Part shown: piece by piece, positions 9,121 to 17,309 of the stretch
Position numbering within the stretch: the first letter of the stretch is position 1
Layout: each line of letters starts with the position of its first letter
Assembly: GCA_024400635.1 (NCBI GenBank)
Contig: JAKSMI010000002.1
Location: forward strand, 120,305-184,304
Direction of reading: 5' to 3'
DNA: 64,000 nucleotides
Source: Bacteroidales bacterium
GTDB lineage: Bacteria > Bacteroidota > Bacteroidia > Bacteroidales > WCHB1-69
Notes under the pieces: generated by a model
Databases searched by the model: none
What the model saw: only the letters and a program-made list of their open reading frames with translations
What the model was told of the DNA's origin: nothing
Translations under genes and position numbers: made by a program

Positions 9121-10295
9121 AAATAAAAAAAGATTTTATTCCGTTTTCTCGTCCTTCAATAGGCGAGGATGCCGTTGAATCCGTTGCGGAATCCATCCGT
9201 GCGGGGTGGGTGGCAATGGGTCCTAAAGTCCTGCAATTTGAAAAGGCCATTGCAGAACGTACGGGCGCTTCGTACGCTATATCAATGAACTCGGCAACAG
9301 CAGGTCTGCATTCGTCAGTCATGGCAATGGGTATAGGGAATGGTGACGAGGTAATCACTACACCGATGACTTTTGCTTCAACAGTGAATGCCATAATCTT
9401 CGCTGGCGCAAAACCTGTACTGGTGGATATTGACAGACGGACATTCAATATTGATACGGCAAAAATAGAACAGGCTATAACAGCTCATACGAAAGGAATC
9501 ATACCCGTTCATTTTGCCGGAATGCCTTGCGATATGGATGAAATCGAACGGATAGCTTCCAAATACAACCTCGTGATAATCGAAGATTCCGCCCATGCTT
9601 TAGGAGCTTCGTACAAGGGTAAGGAAATAGGAGCAGACAAAGGCAAAGGACATGTGGCCGTGTTCAGTTTTCATCCTACAAAAAACATCACAACAGCCGA
9701 AGGTGGAATGGTCTGCACTGAAGATGAGGATATCGCCGAATATCTGTCCGTCTTCAGACAGAACGGGATGTCGAAAGGTGCGTGGAATAGATACTCTTCT
9801 TCCGGCAGTACACATTACGATGTTCCTATGCCTGGATTGAAATACCAGATGTCTGACATTCAGGCCTCCATCGGACTTTCCCAGATAAAGCAGCTTGACG
9901 ACTTCAACTGCCGGCGTAGGGAGCTGTGCGAGATATACGAGAGAGAGCTCTCCGATTGTCCGGGCATCACTTTTCAGAAACCGGCAGAATATAATTATGT
10001 GCATAGCAGACATATATTTCCAGTGCTGGTGGATAGTGACGTTCTCAGGATTGATCGAGACTTGTTTATGCAGCAGATGAAGGATAGAAACATAGGCACT
10101 GCTATACACTACAATGCCATCCATCTGTTCAGTGCTTATGCAAAGATAACAGGAAATACAAGAGGCGATTATCCGGAAGCTGAATATGTGTCGGACAGAA
10201 TAGTTTCAATTCCGATGTTTCCGGCTATGAGCTATGACGATTTGTCATACTGTATCGATGCAATTAAAGAAATATGTAGAAACAATATCAGATAA
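9117..10295 (+). CDS. DegT/DnrJ/EryC1/StrS-family sugar aminotransferase (ArnB-like)
   Basis: PLP-lysine motif FSFHPTKNITTAEGGM, with the family pattern throughout. The start overlaps the upstream gene's stop (ATGA). Confidence 0.85.
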   Translation: MKIKKDFIPFSRPSIGEDAVESVAESIRAGWVAMGPKVLQFEKAIAERTGASYAISMNSATAGLHSSVMAMGIGNGDEVITTPMTFASTVNAIIFAGAKPVLVDIDRRTFNIDTAKIEQAITAHTKGIIPVHFAGMPCDMDEIERIASKYNLVIIEDSAHALGASYKGKEIGADKGKGHVAVFSFHPTKNITTAEGGMVCTEDEDIAEYLSVFRQNGMSKGAWNRYSSSGSTHYDVPMPGLKYQMSDIQASIGLSQIKQLDDFNCRRRELCEIYERELSDCPGITFQKPAEYNYVHSRHIFPVLVDSDVLRIDRDLFMQQMKDRNIGTAIHYNAIHLFSAYAKITGNTRGDYPEAEYVSDRIVSIPMFPAMSYDDLSYCIDAIKEICRNNIR

Positions 10296-10305
10296 TGTTT
10301 TTGAA

Positions 10306-11322
10306 ATGAAAATACTTGTTACTGGTATCAACGGATTTATAGGTTCTCATTTTTTGGATTATGTGATTGCAAATACCGATTGGGAAATATTAGGCGTTGA
10401 TATATCTGACAGTTACGTTAGTCGTTATGCAAGAGAAAACAGATTTTCTTTCCATAAATTGGATATTAGTGAAAATCAGGATTCGATCAGAGAGCTGATT
10501 TTACAATCTGATTTGGCAATCCTTCTTGCTGGTATAGCACGTCCCGCAGAATATGTGCAGCACCCGTTGAAGGTCTTTGAACTGGATTTTGAGTATAATT
10601 ATCAAATGGTGAAGATGTGTGCGGATGCCGGTGTGAGGATTATCTTTCCATCTACTTCTGAAGTCTATGGTCTGGGAAATGACCAGCCGATGAATGAAGA
10701 GAAAACAAATCTCGTCCTTGGTCCAATTTGTGAGACAAGATGGATATACAGTAATGCCAAGCAGATGATGGACCGCATAATCTTTGCGTTAGGGCAGGAA
10801 AGAGGACTTGGATTCACCATCATTCGTCCGTTTAACTGGACGGGACCAAGACTTGATTCTTTTGCACACGCGAAACAACACCAGGCGAGGGCAATTACGC
10901 AGATGGTATATGATTCCTTTCACCATCACGAAATAGTCATTGCGGGGGAAGGAAATCAAAAACGCAGTTTTACGTGGATTGGTGATGGTATCGAAGCTAT
11001 TGTATCCATCATCAAAGCAGGTGATGCCGCCTGTGGCAAAATCTTTAATATCGGGAATCCTGACAACAACTGTTCGATCAAGGAATTTGCCGAATTGCTG
11101 TTGTCTGTCATGAAGGAATTTCCAGAGACGGAAGCAGCCGCACGACAAACAGTACTCAAGGAAGAATCGTATGCGTCATATTATGGTATAAATTATGCCG
11201 ATACCATCAACAGGATACCGGATATCAGCAATATAAAATCCGTGACAGGCTGGAGTCCGGTTACGCCAAATTATGAGATCATCAAAAATACAATTGAGTC
11301 TATAATAAGAAATGATGTATGA
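10306..11322 (+). CDS. NAD-dependent sugar-nucleotide dehydrogenase/decarboxylase (extended SDR, similar to the ArnA C-terminal domain)
   Basis: Starting at the ATG at 10306 gives MKILVTGINGFIGSH (Rossmann GxxGxxG). The catalytic YSNAK (YxxxK) is present. RPAEYVQHPLKVFELDFEYN and IIFPSTSEVYG closely resemble the ArnA decarboxylase domain. Confidence 0.8.
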   Translation: MKILVTGINGFIGSHFLDYVIANTDWEILGVDISDSYVSRYARENRFSFHKLDISENQDSIRELILQSDLAILLAGIARPAEYVQHPLKVFELDFEYNYQMVKMCADAGVRIIFPSTSEVYGLGNDQPMNEEKTNLVLGPICETRWIYSNAKQMMDRIIFALGQERGLGFTIIRPFNWTGPRLDSFAHAKQHQARAITQMVYDSFHHHEIVIAGEGNQKRSFTWIGDGIEAIVSIIKAGDAACGKIFNIGNPDNNCSIKEFAELLLSVMKEFPETEAAARQTVLKEESYASYYGINYADTINRIPDISNIKSVTGWSPVTPNYEIIKNTIESIIRNDV

Positions 11323-13067
11323 ACATCGGCAGAAAAAGAAGTGACATTATCAACAAGATGTTCAGTAGTTACATCTTGTCATCAATACTAATAATGGTAT
11401 CTGTCCCCATTCTTGAGATAACAGATGGCATTATGCTTAATCGTGCGGTTTCGCCAGATGCGTTGTCAATGGTTGCTCTGCTGGCACCTGTCAATATTTT
11501 CTTTTTTGCGATCAAAACCATTTTTGTCACTGGACTTTCAATTCTTTCAGCAAAAGCCTTAGGAGAATGCGATTACCATAAAGGATCGCAGCTGTTTACC
11601 GTGGCCATAACTTCAAATGCCATTGTTATAATCGGGCTTACGGCATTGGCATACTTGTTCTTTCCTCAGTTTGTCCAGCTGTTTTGTGATATTGACAGCC
11701 CAATTCATCCTCTTTTGTACGAATATGTCAAGGTAATACTTTTGCAATTTCCTCTTTTGGCAATTTTGTCATCGCTTGACACATATATGCGTCTGGCAGG
11801 AAAGTCCCGTCTTGTTTCTGTTACCATTATTGTTAGTTGCTTCTTGAATATTGTGCTGACTTGGATTTTCTTGTATGTTTTGCATTTGGGAATTAGGGGA
11901 GCTGCCATTGCCACAATAATCTGTGCCATAATCACAAAGATTCCGTATATACCATATCTGATTTCCGGAAAGTTCCCGTTCCGAATCGTCAAAACAAAGT
12001 TGTCAACTTATTTTGAAATGATATGGTTAGGTGTCAAGAGAGGCAGCCCAAGTGCACTGAATGATATTGTTATGAGTGTTATCTTTTTCGCCACGAATGG
12101 CATCGTACTCAATACTCAGGGAGTACAGGGAATGTTTATATGGTCTGTTACACTGCAACTGCTATCTTTAACAGGAATGATTTCAATGGGTTTCAATGGA
12201 GTAATGCAGCATATTGGAGTAATGCTGTTGGGTGAAAATGATAACGAGGGATTTATGATTCTGTCCAAGAAAATGTTCTGGATTCAACTGTCGTCCATTG
12301 TGGTTGTAGTTGCATTATGTCTGATTTCCCCAAGGGATATCCTGTACTTTTTCACAAACGGAACAGTAACTGTCACCGATCAGTTTATCCATTATTTTAT
12401 ACTCGGAATTTTGATGCTTCTTCCAATGAAAACCTGCATTTCTATTACGGAAATAATAAATATTGGAGGACATACCGGCTTGGCATTAATAGTCAATTTG
12501 TTATCTCTTGTATCAATCTTTATTGCTGCTTTTGCCAGTGTGGCTTTAGGAACGAAATATTTCTGGTGGATGCTGCCAACCCTGCAGATGATAGTACTTG
12601 TGATTTTGATGGCAACAACAATCATTATGCATATAAAAAACAGGTATTATTCCTGGTTCGCACTTGTTCCCACAATGCCTGATGGAGTTTCTATGTTGCT
12701 CACTGCAAAATATGACCCTAAGGAAATCGATCCGATGTTGAAAACTGTGTCTAAGTTTCTTGCCATTGCAGAATTGCCTGAAAATGTTGAGAGAGATGCG
12801 CGATTGATATGTGAAGAACTCGTATATCACGTAATTGCTGAAAAGAATGCAAACCCGGATATTACTTTTGAATTGCGTCTTTCTGACAAACCTGATAAGC
12901 TGATTGTTTTTGTTAAAGAAATCGGGAACCCCAAAAATCTCAATGATTTTTTAAATGCTGAAACTTTGAGTACAAAGATGATAAGCACTACGGTTCCTGA
13001 AGCGAAATACGATTATTTCAACGGGGTCTGTGTTATATCAATCTGCATAGGCAAGACACAGGTTTGA
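11319..13067 (+). CDS. MOP/MATE-superfamily polysaccharide or drug exporter with an extra ~130-aa soluble C-terminal domain
   Basis: About 12 predicted TM helices span the first ~450 aa. These are followed by a hydrophilic tail (LTAKYDPKEIDP...RLICEELVYHVIAEKNANPDITFELRLSDKPDKLIVFVKEIGNP). Confidence 0.7.
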   Translation: MNIGRKRSDIINKMFSSYILSSILIMVSVPILEITDGIMLNRAVSPDALSMVALLAPVNIFFFAIKTIFVTGLSILSAKALGECDYHKGSQLFTVAITSNAIVIIGLTALAYLFFPQFVQLFCDIDSPIHPLLYEYVKVILLQFPLLAILSSLDTYMRLAGKSRLVSVTIIVSCFLNIVLTWIFLYVLHLGIRGAAIATIICAIITKIPYIPYLISGKFPFRIVKTKLSTYFEMIWLGVKRGSPSALNDIVMSVIFFATNGIVLNTQGVQGMFIWSVTLQLLSLTGMISMGFNGVMQHIGVMLLGENDNEGFMILSKKMFWIQLSSIVVVVALCLISPRDILYFFTNGTVTVTDQFIHYFILGILMLLPMKTCISITEIINIGGHTGLALIVNLLSLVSIFIAAFASVALGTKYFWWMLPTLQMIVLVILMATTIIMHIKNRYYSWFALVPTMPDGVSMLLTAKYDPKEIDPMLKTVSKFLAIAELPENVERDARLICEELVYHVIAEKNANPDITFELRLSDKPDKLIVFVKEIGNPKNLNDFLNAETLSTKMISTTVPEAKYDYFNGVCVISICIGKTQV

Positions 13068-13123
13068 TAGACTTTCTGATATTTATTAATTCACTGAACG
13101 TCCTCATCGAAATCAATAAAAAT

Positions 13124-13156
13124 AAAAAAAGGGACGATTTGCAGAAATCGCCCCCC
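13124..13156 (-). terminator. Rho-independent terminator downstream of blc
   Basis: On the minus strand, GGGGCGATTT-ctgc-AAATCGTCCC forms a 10-bp stem including one G-U pair. It is followed by TTTTTTT. Confidence 0.7.
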
Positions 13157-13175
13157 TTTCAATAATAGCTAAGAT

Positions 13176-13715
13176 TTATTTACTATGTTTAACCCAAATT
13201 AATTTATTGGTGTCATAGCCACGGTTTTTAGCTTGCTGGAGTACGAACTCCAAGTCTTTTCCATCCATTTCCGGCGTTCGACTCAAAATCCACAGGTATT
13301 TGTCGCTTTCGCTCCCCACTAACGAGAAACGATAGTCTGGAGCCAATTCCATCACATTGTATTGGGAGTAAAAATTCATAAAGAAGGAAACTTCCAATTG
13401 CCCAGGTACGTTTTCGTTGGGGCGTCGGGCCTTGCCGACACTTTGCTTGAATTTGCCGTCTAAGCTGCCACGATAGCCCGAGTTGGTGACCTTGACGGTA
13501 CCATCGCTCTTCAGTTCGTAATCTGCCGTGCATCCTTCCAAATTTCTTTCGAAAGAATGGTCGAAACGGGCAATTTCGTACCAATGGCCCATGTACTTGT
13601 TGATGTCCAATTCGGAAACCGTCGAATTGTTGATGGTTGTACTTTTGCTGCAAGCACAAGATGATAATCCTACGAAGCTGAGGATTCCGCATAAATAAGT
13701 GAAAAGTTTGCTCAT
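13176..13715 (-). CDS. blc: Bacterial lipocalin (outer-membrane lipoprotein Blc)
   Basis: Lipoprotein signal (LSSC) followed by YMGHWYEIARFDHSFE, the signature lipocalin motif. Confidence 0.85.
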   Translation of the reverse strand: MSKLFTYLCGILSFVGLSSCACSKSTTINNSTVSELDINKYMGHWYEIARFDHSFERNLEGCTADYELKSDGTVKVTNSGYRGSLDGKFKQSVGKARRPNENVPGQLEVSFFMNFYSQYNVMELAPDYRFSLVGSESDKYLWILSRTPEMDGKDLEFVLQQAKNRGYDTNKLIWVKHSK

Positions 13716-14011
13716 GGTTTTTTGTTTTTAATGGTTAATACTAATGGTTGATAAAAATTTTATTTTCATGGTTTTGTTTTCGACGACAAAAATAGACCAA
13801 TTTTTTCATTGAAAAAGCATTGTTTTATGAATGTCTCCATTGAAAAAATAGATAGGTTGGCAGAAATGGAGAAAACAATGTTGGTTGCATGTAACTTTGC
13901 TAGTTGAATCTATTTTTTTGTACAAATAAAAAAAAACAAACAAATATGGAATTTTTTTGTATTTTTGCATTCGATTTCAATCAAAATTATTAACCCAAAA
14001 AAATTAAAATT

Positions 14012-14227
14012 ATGAAGAAAGTATTATGTGTTTTGGCAGCTATCGCCATGGTAGCAGCTGTTACAACATCTTGCAACAAAAAATGCACTTGCAAAACTTA
14101 TGTTGATGGTAAAGAAATGATGTCAGTAACCGTTAACCTCGAAGAATTGAACAAACAGCTTGGTACGAAAGAAACTTGCAAATCAATTAGCGAAGGTGAT
14201 AAAAATTACGGTTATATTTGCAAATAA
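14012..14227 (+). CDS. Small Cys-rich lipoprotein, unknown function
   Basis: Signal peptide with a lipobox (AAVTTSC). A TAttTTTG box lies upstream and a strong terminator downstream. Confidence 0.6.
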   Translation: MKKVLCVLAAIAMVAAVTTSCNKKCTCKTYVDGKEMMSVTVNLEELNKQLGTKETCKSISEGDKNYGYICK

Positions 14228-14251
14228 TTTATTGTAAGATTCACAAAAAAA

Positions 14252-14282
14252 ACAGTGTCCTTACAGGCACTGTTTTTTTTTT
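14252..14282 (+). terminator. Rho-independent terminator
   Basis: ACAGTGtCC-ttaca-GGCACTGT hairpin followed by a run of about 11 T residues. Confidence 0.75.
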
Positions 14283-14340
14283 GATTATTTTTGAGCAAAT
14301 TTTGTAATTTTGCCTTGCCATTTTTATAGAAATTAATAGC

Positions 14341-15786
14341 ATGAAAATGAAAAAATTATCTCTTTTATTAGTGTTGGTTTTTGCCATAAATTTCACTTTT
14401 GCCTACGATTATAATATATTGTTAGACAATGATTTAGTTAAAAAAGAAAAGAAAGCTAAAAAGGAGAAGTCGACAGACAGCGTTCGTAGAGGTTGGACTT
14501 TCGGAATCTTGCCCAGCGTTGCCTATGATGCGGATAAAGGCTTTCAAGGCGGTCTGTTGTCTAATGTTTACTATTTTGGCGATGGCACTCAATATCCCGA
14601 CTATATTCATTCATTTTATTTTGAAGCGGCTTATACAACCAAACATTGCGGTCTTTTCAGATTCAATTATGATTCCAAATACTTGATTCCTAAGCATCGT
14701 TTGACTATTGATGTTTCTTATCTGCCTGATGCTATTTGTGATTTTTATGGTTACAATGGCTACCAAACGGTAATGAATCGCGAATGGATTAACGACAAGA
14801 AATTTCCTGATACATACGCAAGTCGTATTTTCTACAAATCGCGTCGCGACATGTTGCGAATAGCTGCTGATATTTCTGGTAATCTTGCCGGCAATTGGTA
14901 TTGGAACGCCGGTATTGGCGTGCAGTGGTTCACTGTTGGAAGTGTTAATGTTGATATGATTAACAAAGGCAAAAAAGAAGAAAAAAAACTGCCCACCGAT
15001 GTTGATGGTTTGTATGAAAAATATTGCAAATGGGGCATTATCGACGACGCTGAGGCTTTAGGTGGTTGGCATCCTTATTTGCGTGCTGGTATCACATTCG
15101 ACACCCGTGATCGACAGCAGAACCCCAACAAAGGTATTTATGCCGATGCTTTCCTGACCTATACCGCTGCTTTTGGTGCACAGAAAAAATTCAATAACTT
15201 GAAGTTGAATGTGGATTTCCGTCATTATGTGCCCGTCTACAAAGATTATGTTTTGTTCGCTTATCGTTTGTCAATGCAGTTGACGACTGCTGGCCATGCG
15301 ACATTTATGGAAAACAACATCTGGAATACGCTTTACATCCAGCGTGCCACTTACGAAGTTGTTGGTGGTGGCAATACTATTCGTGGTATTGCTCGTAATC
15401 GTGTTACGGCCAATGGTTTCGCCTTCGCTAACATCGAATTTCGTTTCAAACTTTGCAAGTTTACCATTAAAAAAGAACATTTCTATATTGGTCTGAATCC
15501 TTTCTTTGACGCGGGCATGGTGCTTCAACCTTATAAACTCAATAAAGAATCCATCATTGACAATATCAAGGAAAATGATCCCGAATTCGACCTCGATAAA
15601 TTAGATCAATATCTTAATTTTGACAATCCACAGATTTATCGTCCTCACATGGCTGCTGGTTTAGGACTTAAAGTTGCTATGAACGAAAACTTTGTGCTCT
15701 CCGTAGATTGGGCTGTTCCCTTTGACAAGCGTGACAATTCCAACCAGTTCACCAATTTTTATGTCAAAATGAACTATATGTTCTAA
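14341..15786 (+). CDS. Outer-membrane beta-barrel protein (Omp85/surface-antigen-like)
   Basis: Signal peptide, alternating beta-strand-like pattern, and a C-terminal aromatic end (YVKMNYMF) typical of OMP barrels. Confidence 0.62.
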   Translation: MKMKKLSLLLVLVFAINFTFAYDYNILLDNDLVKKEKKAKKEKSTDSVRRGWTFGILPSVAYDADKGFQGGLLSNVYYFGDGTQYPDYIHSFYFEAAYTTKHCGLFRFNYDSKYLIPKHRLTIDVSYLPDAICDFYGYNGYQTVMNREWINDKKFPDTYASRIFYKSRRDMLRIAADISGNLAGNWYWNAGIGVQWFTVGSVNVDMINKGKKEEKKLPTDVDGLYEKYCKWGIIDDAEALGGWHPYLRAGITFDTRDRQQNPNKGIYADAFLTYTAAFGAQKKFNNLKLNVDFRHYVPVYKDYVLFAYRLSMQLTTAGHATFMENNIWNTLYIQRATYEVVGGGNTIRGIARNRVTANGFAFANIEFRFKLCKFTIKKEHFYIGLNPFFDAGMVLQPYKLNKESIIDNIKENDPEFDLDKLDQYLNFDNPQIYRPHMAAGLGLKVAMNENFVLSVDWAVPFDKRDNSNQFTNFYVKMNYMF

Positions 15787-15819
15787 CAATATTATAGTTT
15801 TTTATTCTGAATTTCAAAT

Positions 15820-16224
15820 ATGAATTGTACGAATTTAGATATAGATAAGTTGTCTATCGACACTTGTCCTGATGAACTTTTGTTGCAGGAAATACGCAAT
15901 GGTCAGTGGTGCGGCAATTGCGATAATTGTCTCTTCGTTTACATTTATCTGGCAAACTATCTGTCGGAAGAACAGTTGATAGAAATTTTTGGTGCCGACT
16001 TGCTGGAACAGGAAGCCATGAAGCAAGCGCTGGGACGTTTGGCAGGACTGGTGTTAATGCCCGAACCAAACCGAGTACGCATCAACAGAACGCATGAAAT
16101 AATGCAGCGTATCCAAAATAAAATGGAAAACAAACTTTTGGTGAAGCACTATATCAACGAATGCCTTCGTCAGATTAATGACGATTTATTCGAAGATTAT
16201 TTCAATATGTCTTTGGATGTTTAA
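15820..16224 (+). CDS. Hypothetical protein (Cys cluster CGNCDNC), possibly a remnant
   Basis: An ORF only, with no domain recognised. It overlaps the convergent downstream gene by 4 nt. Confidence 0.35.
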   Translation: MNCTNLDIDKLSIDTCPDELLLQEIRNGQWCGNCDNCLFVYIYLANYLSEEQLIEIFGADLLEQEAMKQALGRLAGLVLMPEPNRVRINRTHEIMQRIQNKMENKLLVKHYINECLRQINDDLFEDYFNMSLDV

Positions 16225-17168
16225 GCAATGAATTTGCTTTCGTTCTCAGCCATCAACTTGTTCATCTTATTGTATTTGTTGATGATGATAATTTCCATTG
16301 CAATGTAGAATGCCCAGAAGCAGATAGCTACGATGGCCATGGTTGTATGGTTCAGTTTGTAGAATGAAGGACCATAACCGAAAAATGTAGCATAAAGAAG
16401 AACGCTCATTACAATAACGGAGATGAGGTTTAATCCCCACCAGAAACCCATTCTGAAATCACCATCGGAAGAATTGTTCTTTTCAATGATTCCTTTGTCT
16501 TGCAGAGCATATTCGGTCTCATCATAGATTTCGTGGAAGAAAGTGTAGGGTTTAATCAAGTGGTAAACTGGGATAATCCAAGCCGCGAAAGCCCAAGCGG
16601 GATGACTTGCTTTTTCCATCCAGGAGCAAGCGTTTCTCAATGTGATGGAGTTTTTATAATTCCAGATAGCCCAAACCACAATTTTTACGATAAAGCATAC
16701 CAAAGTGATAATCAGTACGATGAGAAACGTGTTGAAAGCTTTCTGAGTTTGGTCGCAAATATTGTTATATGCTGTTTCCACGGGTTCGAAATTAGCTTTT
16801 CCTTCAGCAATAGCAGCTTCCGTTTCTGCCAAAGCTTTTTCCTTTTCTGAAAGTGTGTTTTTGGTTCTGTCGATATCTTCTTTCAAAGTTTTTGCCGTTT
16901 TCTTGTCGGCAGTTGCTAAGTGTTTTTGAAGAGTATCCAATTTGAAAGCATAGTATTCAACTTCAGCCTGGTTTTGTTTCAAAGGATGTTCGATGGTATG
17001 TAGATTTTCTTTTGCAGCCAAATATGCAGGTTCTTCGACAACTTTATTGACATTGACCTTATCGAATTTCAATAAAAATACCATTGAAAGGATAAAAAAT
17101 ACTAATAAAAGCAGATTTAAAATCTGAGTGAGTTTGCCAAAAGAACTGTTGTTGGAAATTTTTTTCAT
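16221..17168 (-). CDS. Membrane protein with an N-terminal coiled-coil region and a C-terminal multi-TM domain (DUF4328-like)
   Basis: N-terminal TM helix, a Lys/Glu-rich coiled region, then 4-5 TM helices with a WAFAAWIIPVYHLIKPYTFFHEIY motif. Confidence 0.6.
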   Translation of the reverse strand: MKKISNNSSFGKLTQILNLLLLVFFILSMVFLLKFDKVNVNKVVEEPAYLAAKENLHTIEHPLKQNQAEVEYYAFKLDTLQKHLATADKKTAKTLKEDIDRTKNTLSEKEKALAETEAAIAEGKANFEPVETAYNNICDQTQKAFNTFLIVLIITLVCFIVKIVVWAIWNYKNSITLRNACSWMEKASHPAWAFAAWIIPVYHLIKPYTFFHEIYDETEYALQDKGIIEKNNSSDGDFRMGFWWGLNLISVIVMSVLLYATFFGYGPSFYKLNHTTMAIVAICFWAFYIAMEIIIINKYNKMNKLMAENESKFIA

Positions 17169-17309
17169 ACTATTCCTATTTTTATTTTTCTTATAATCAG
17201 TAATTTAAATCAAAAAATTTTTTTCTTGATTCGTATGCAAAAATATAAAAAAATTGACAATAAAGCAAAGGCGATATTTTTTTTGTACTTTTGCCTTCAA
17301 ATTTAATGG

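Noticed and set aside
10234-10305. Upstream extension of the SDR gene (track start 10234)
   Set aside because: The extension overlaps the aminotransferase gene end. The ATG at 10306 gives the canonical MKILVTG-GxxGxxG N-terminus.
13228-13692. 154-aa alternative-frame ORF inside blc
   Set aside because: It overlaps the lipocalin frame, which carries the diagnostic motifs. Its composition is Arg/Gln-rich and typical of an off-frame product.
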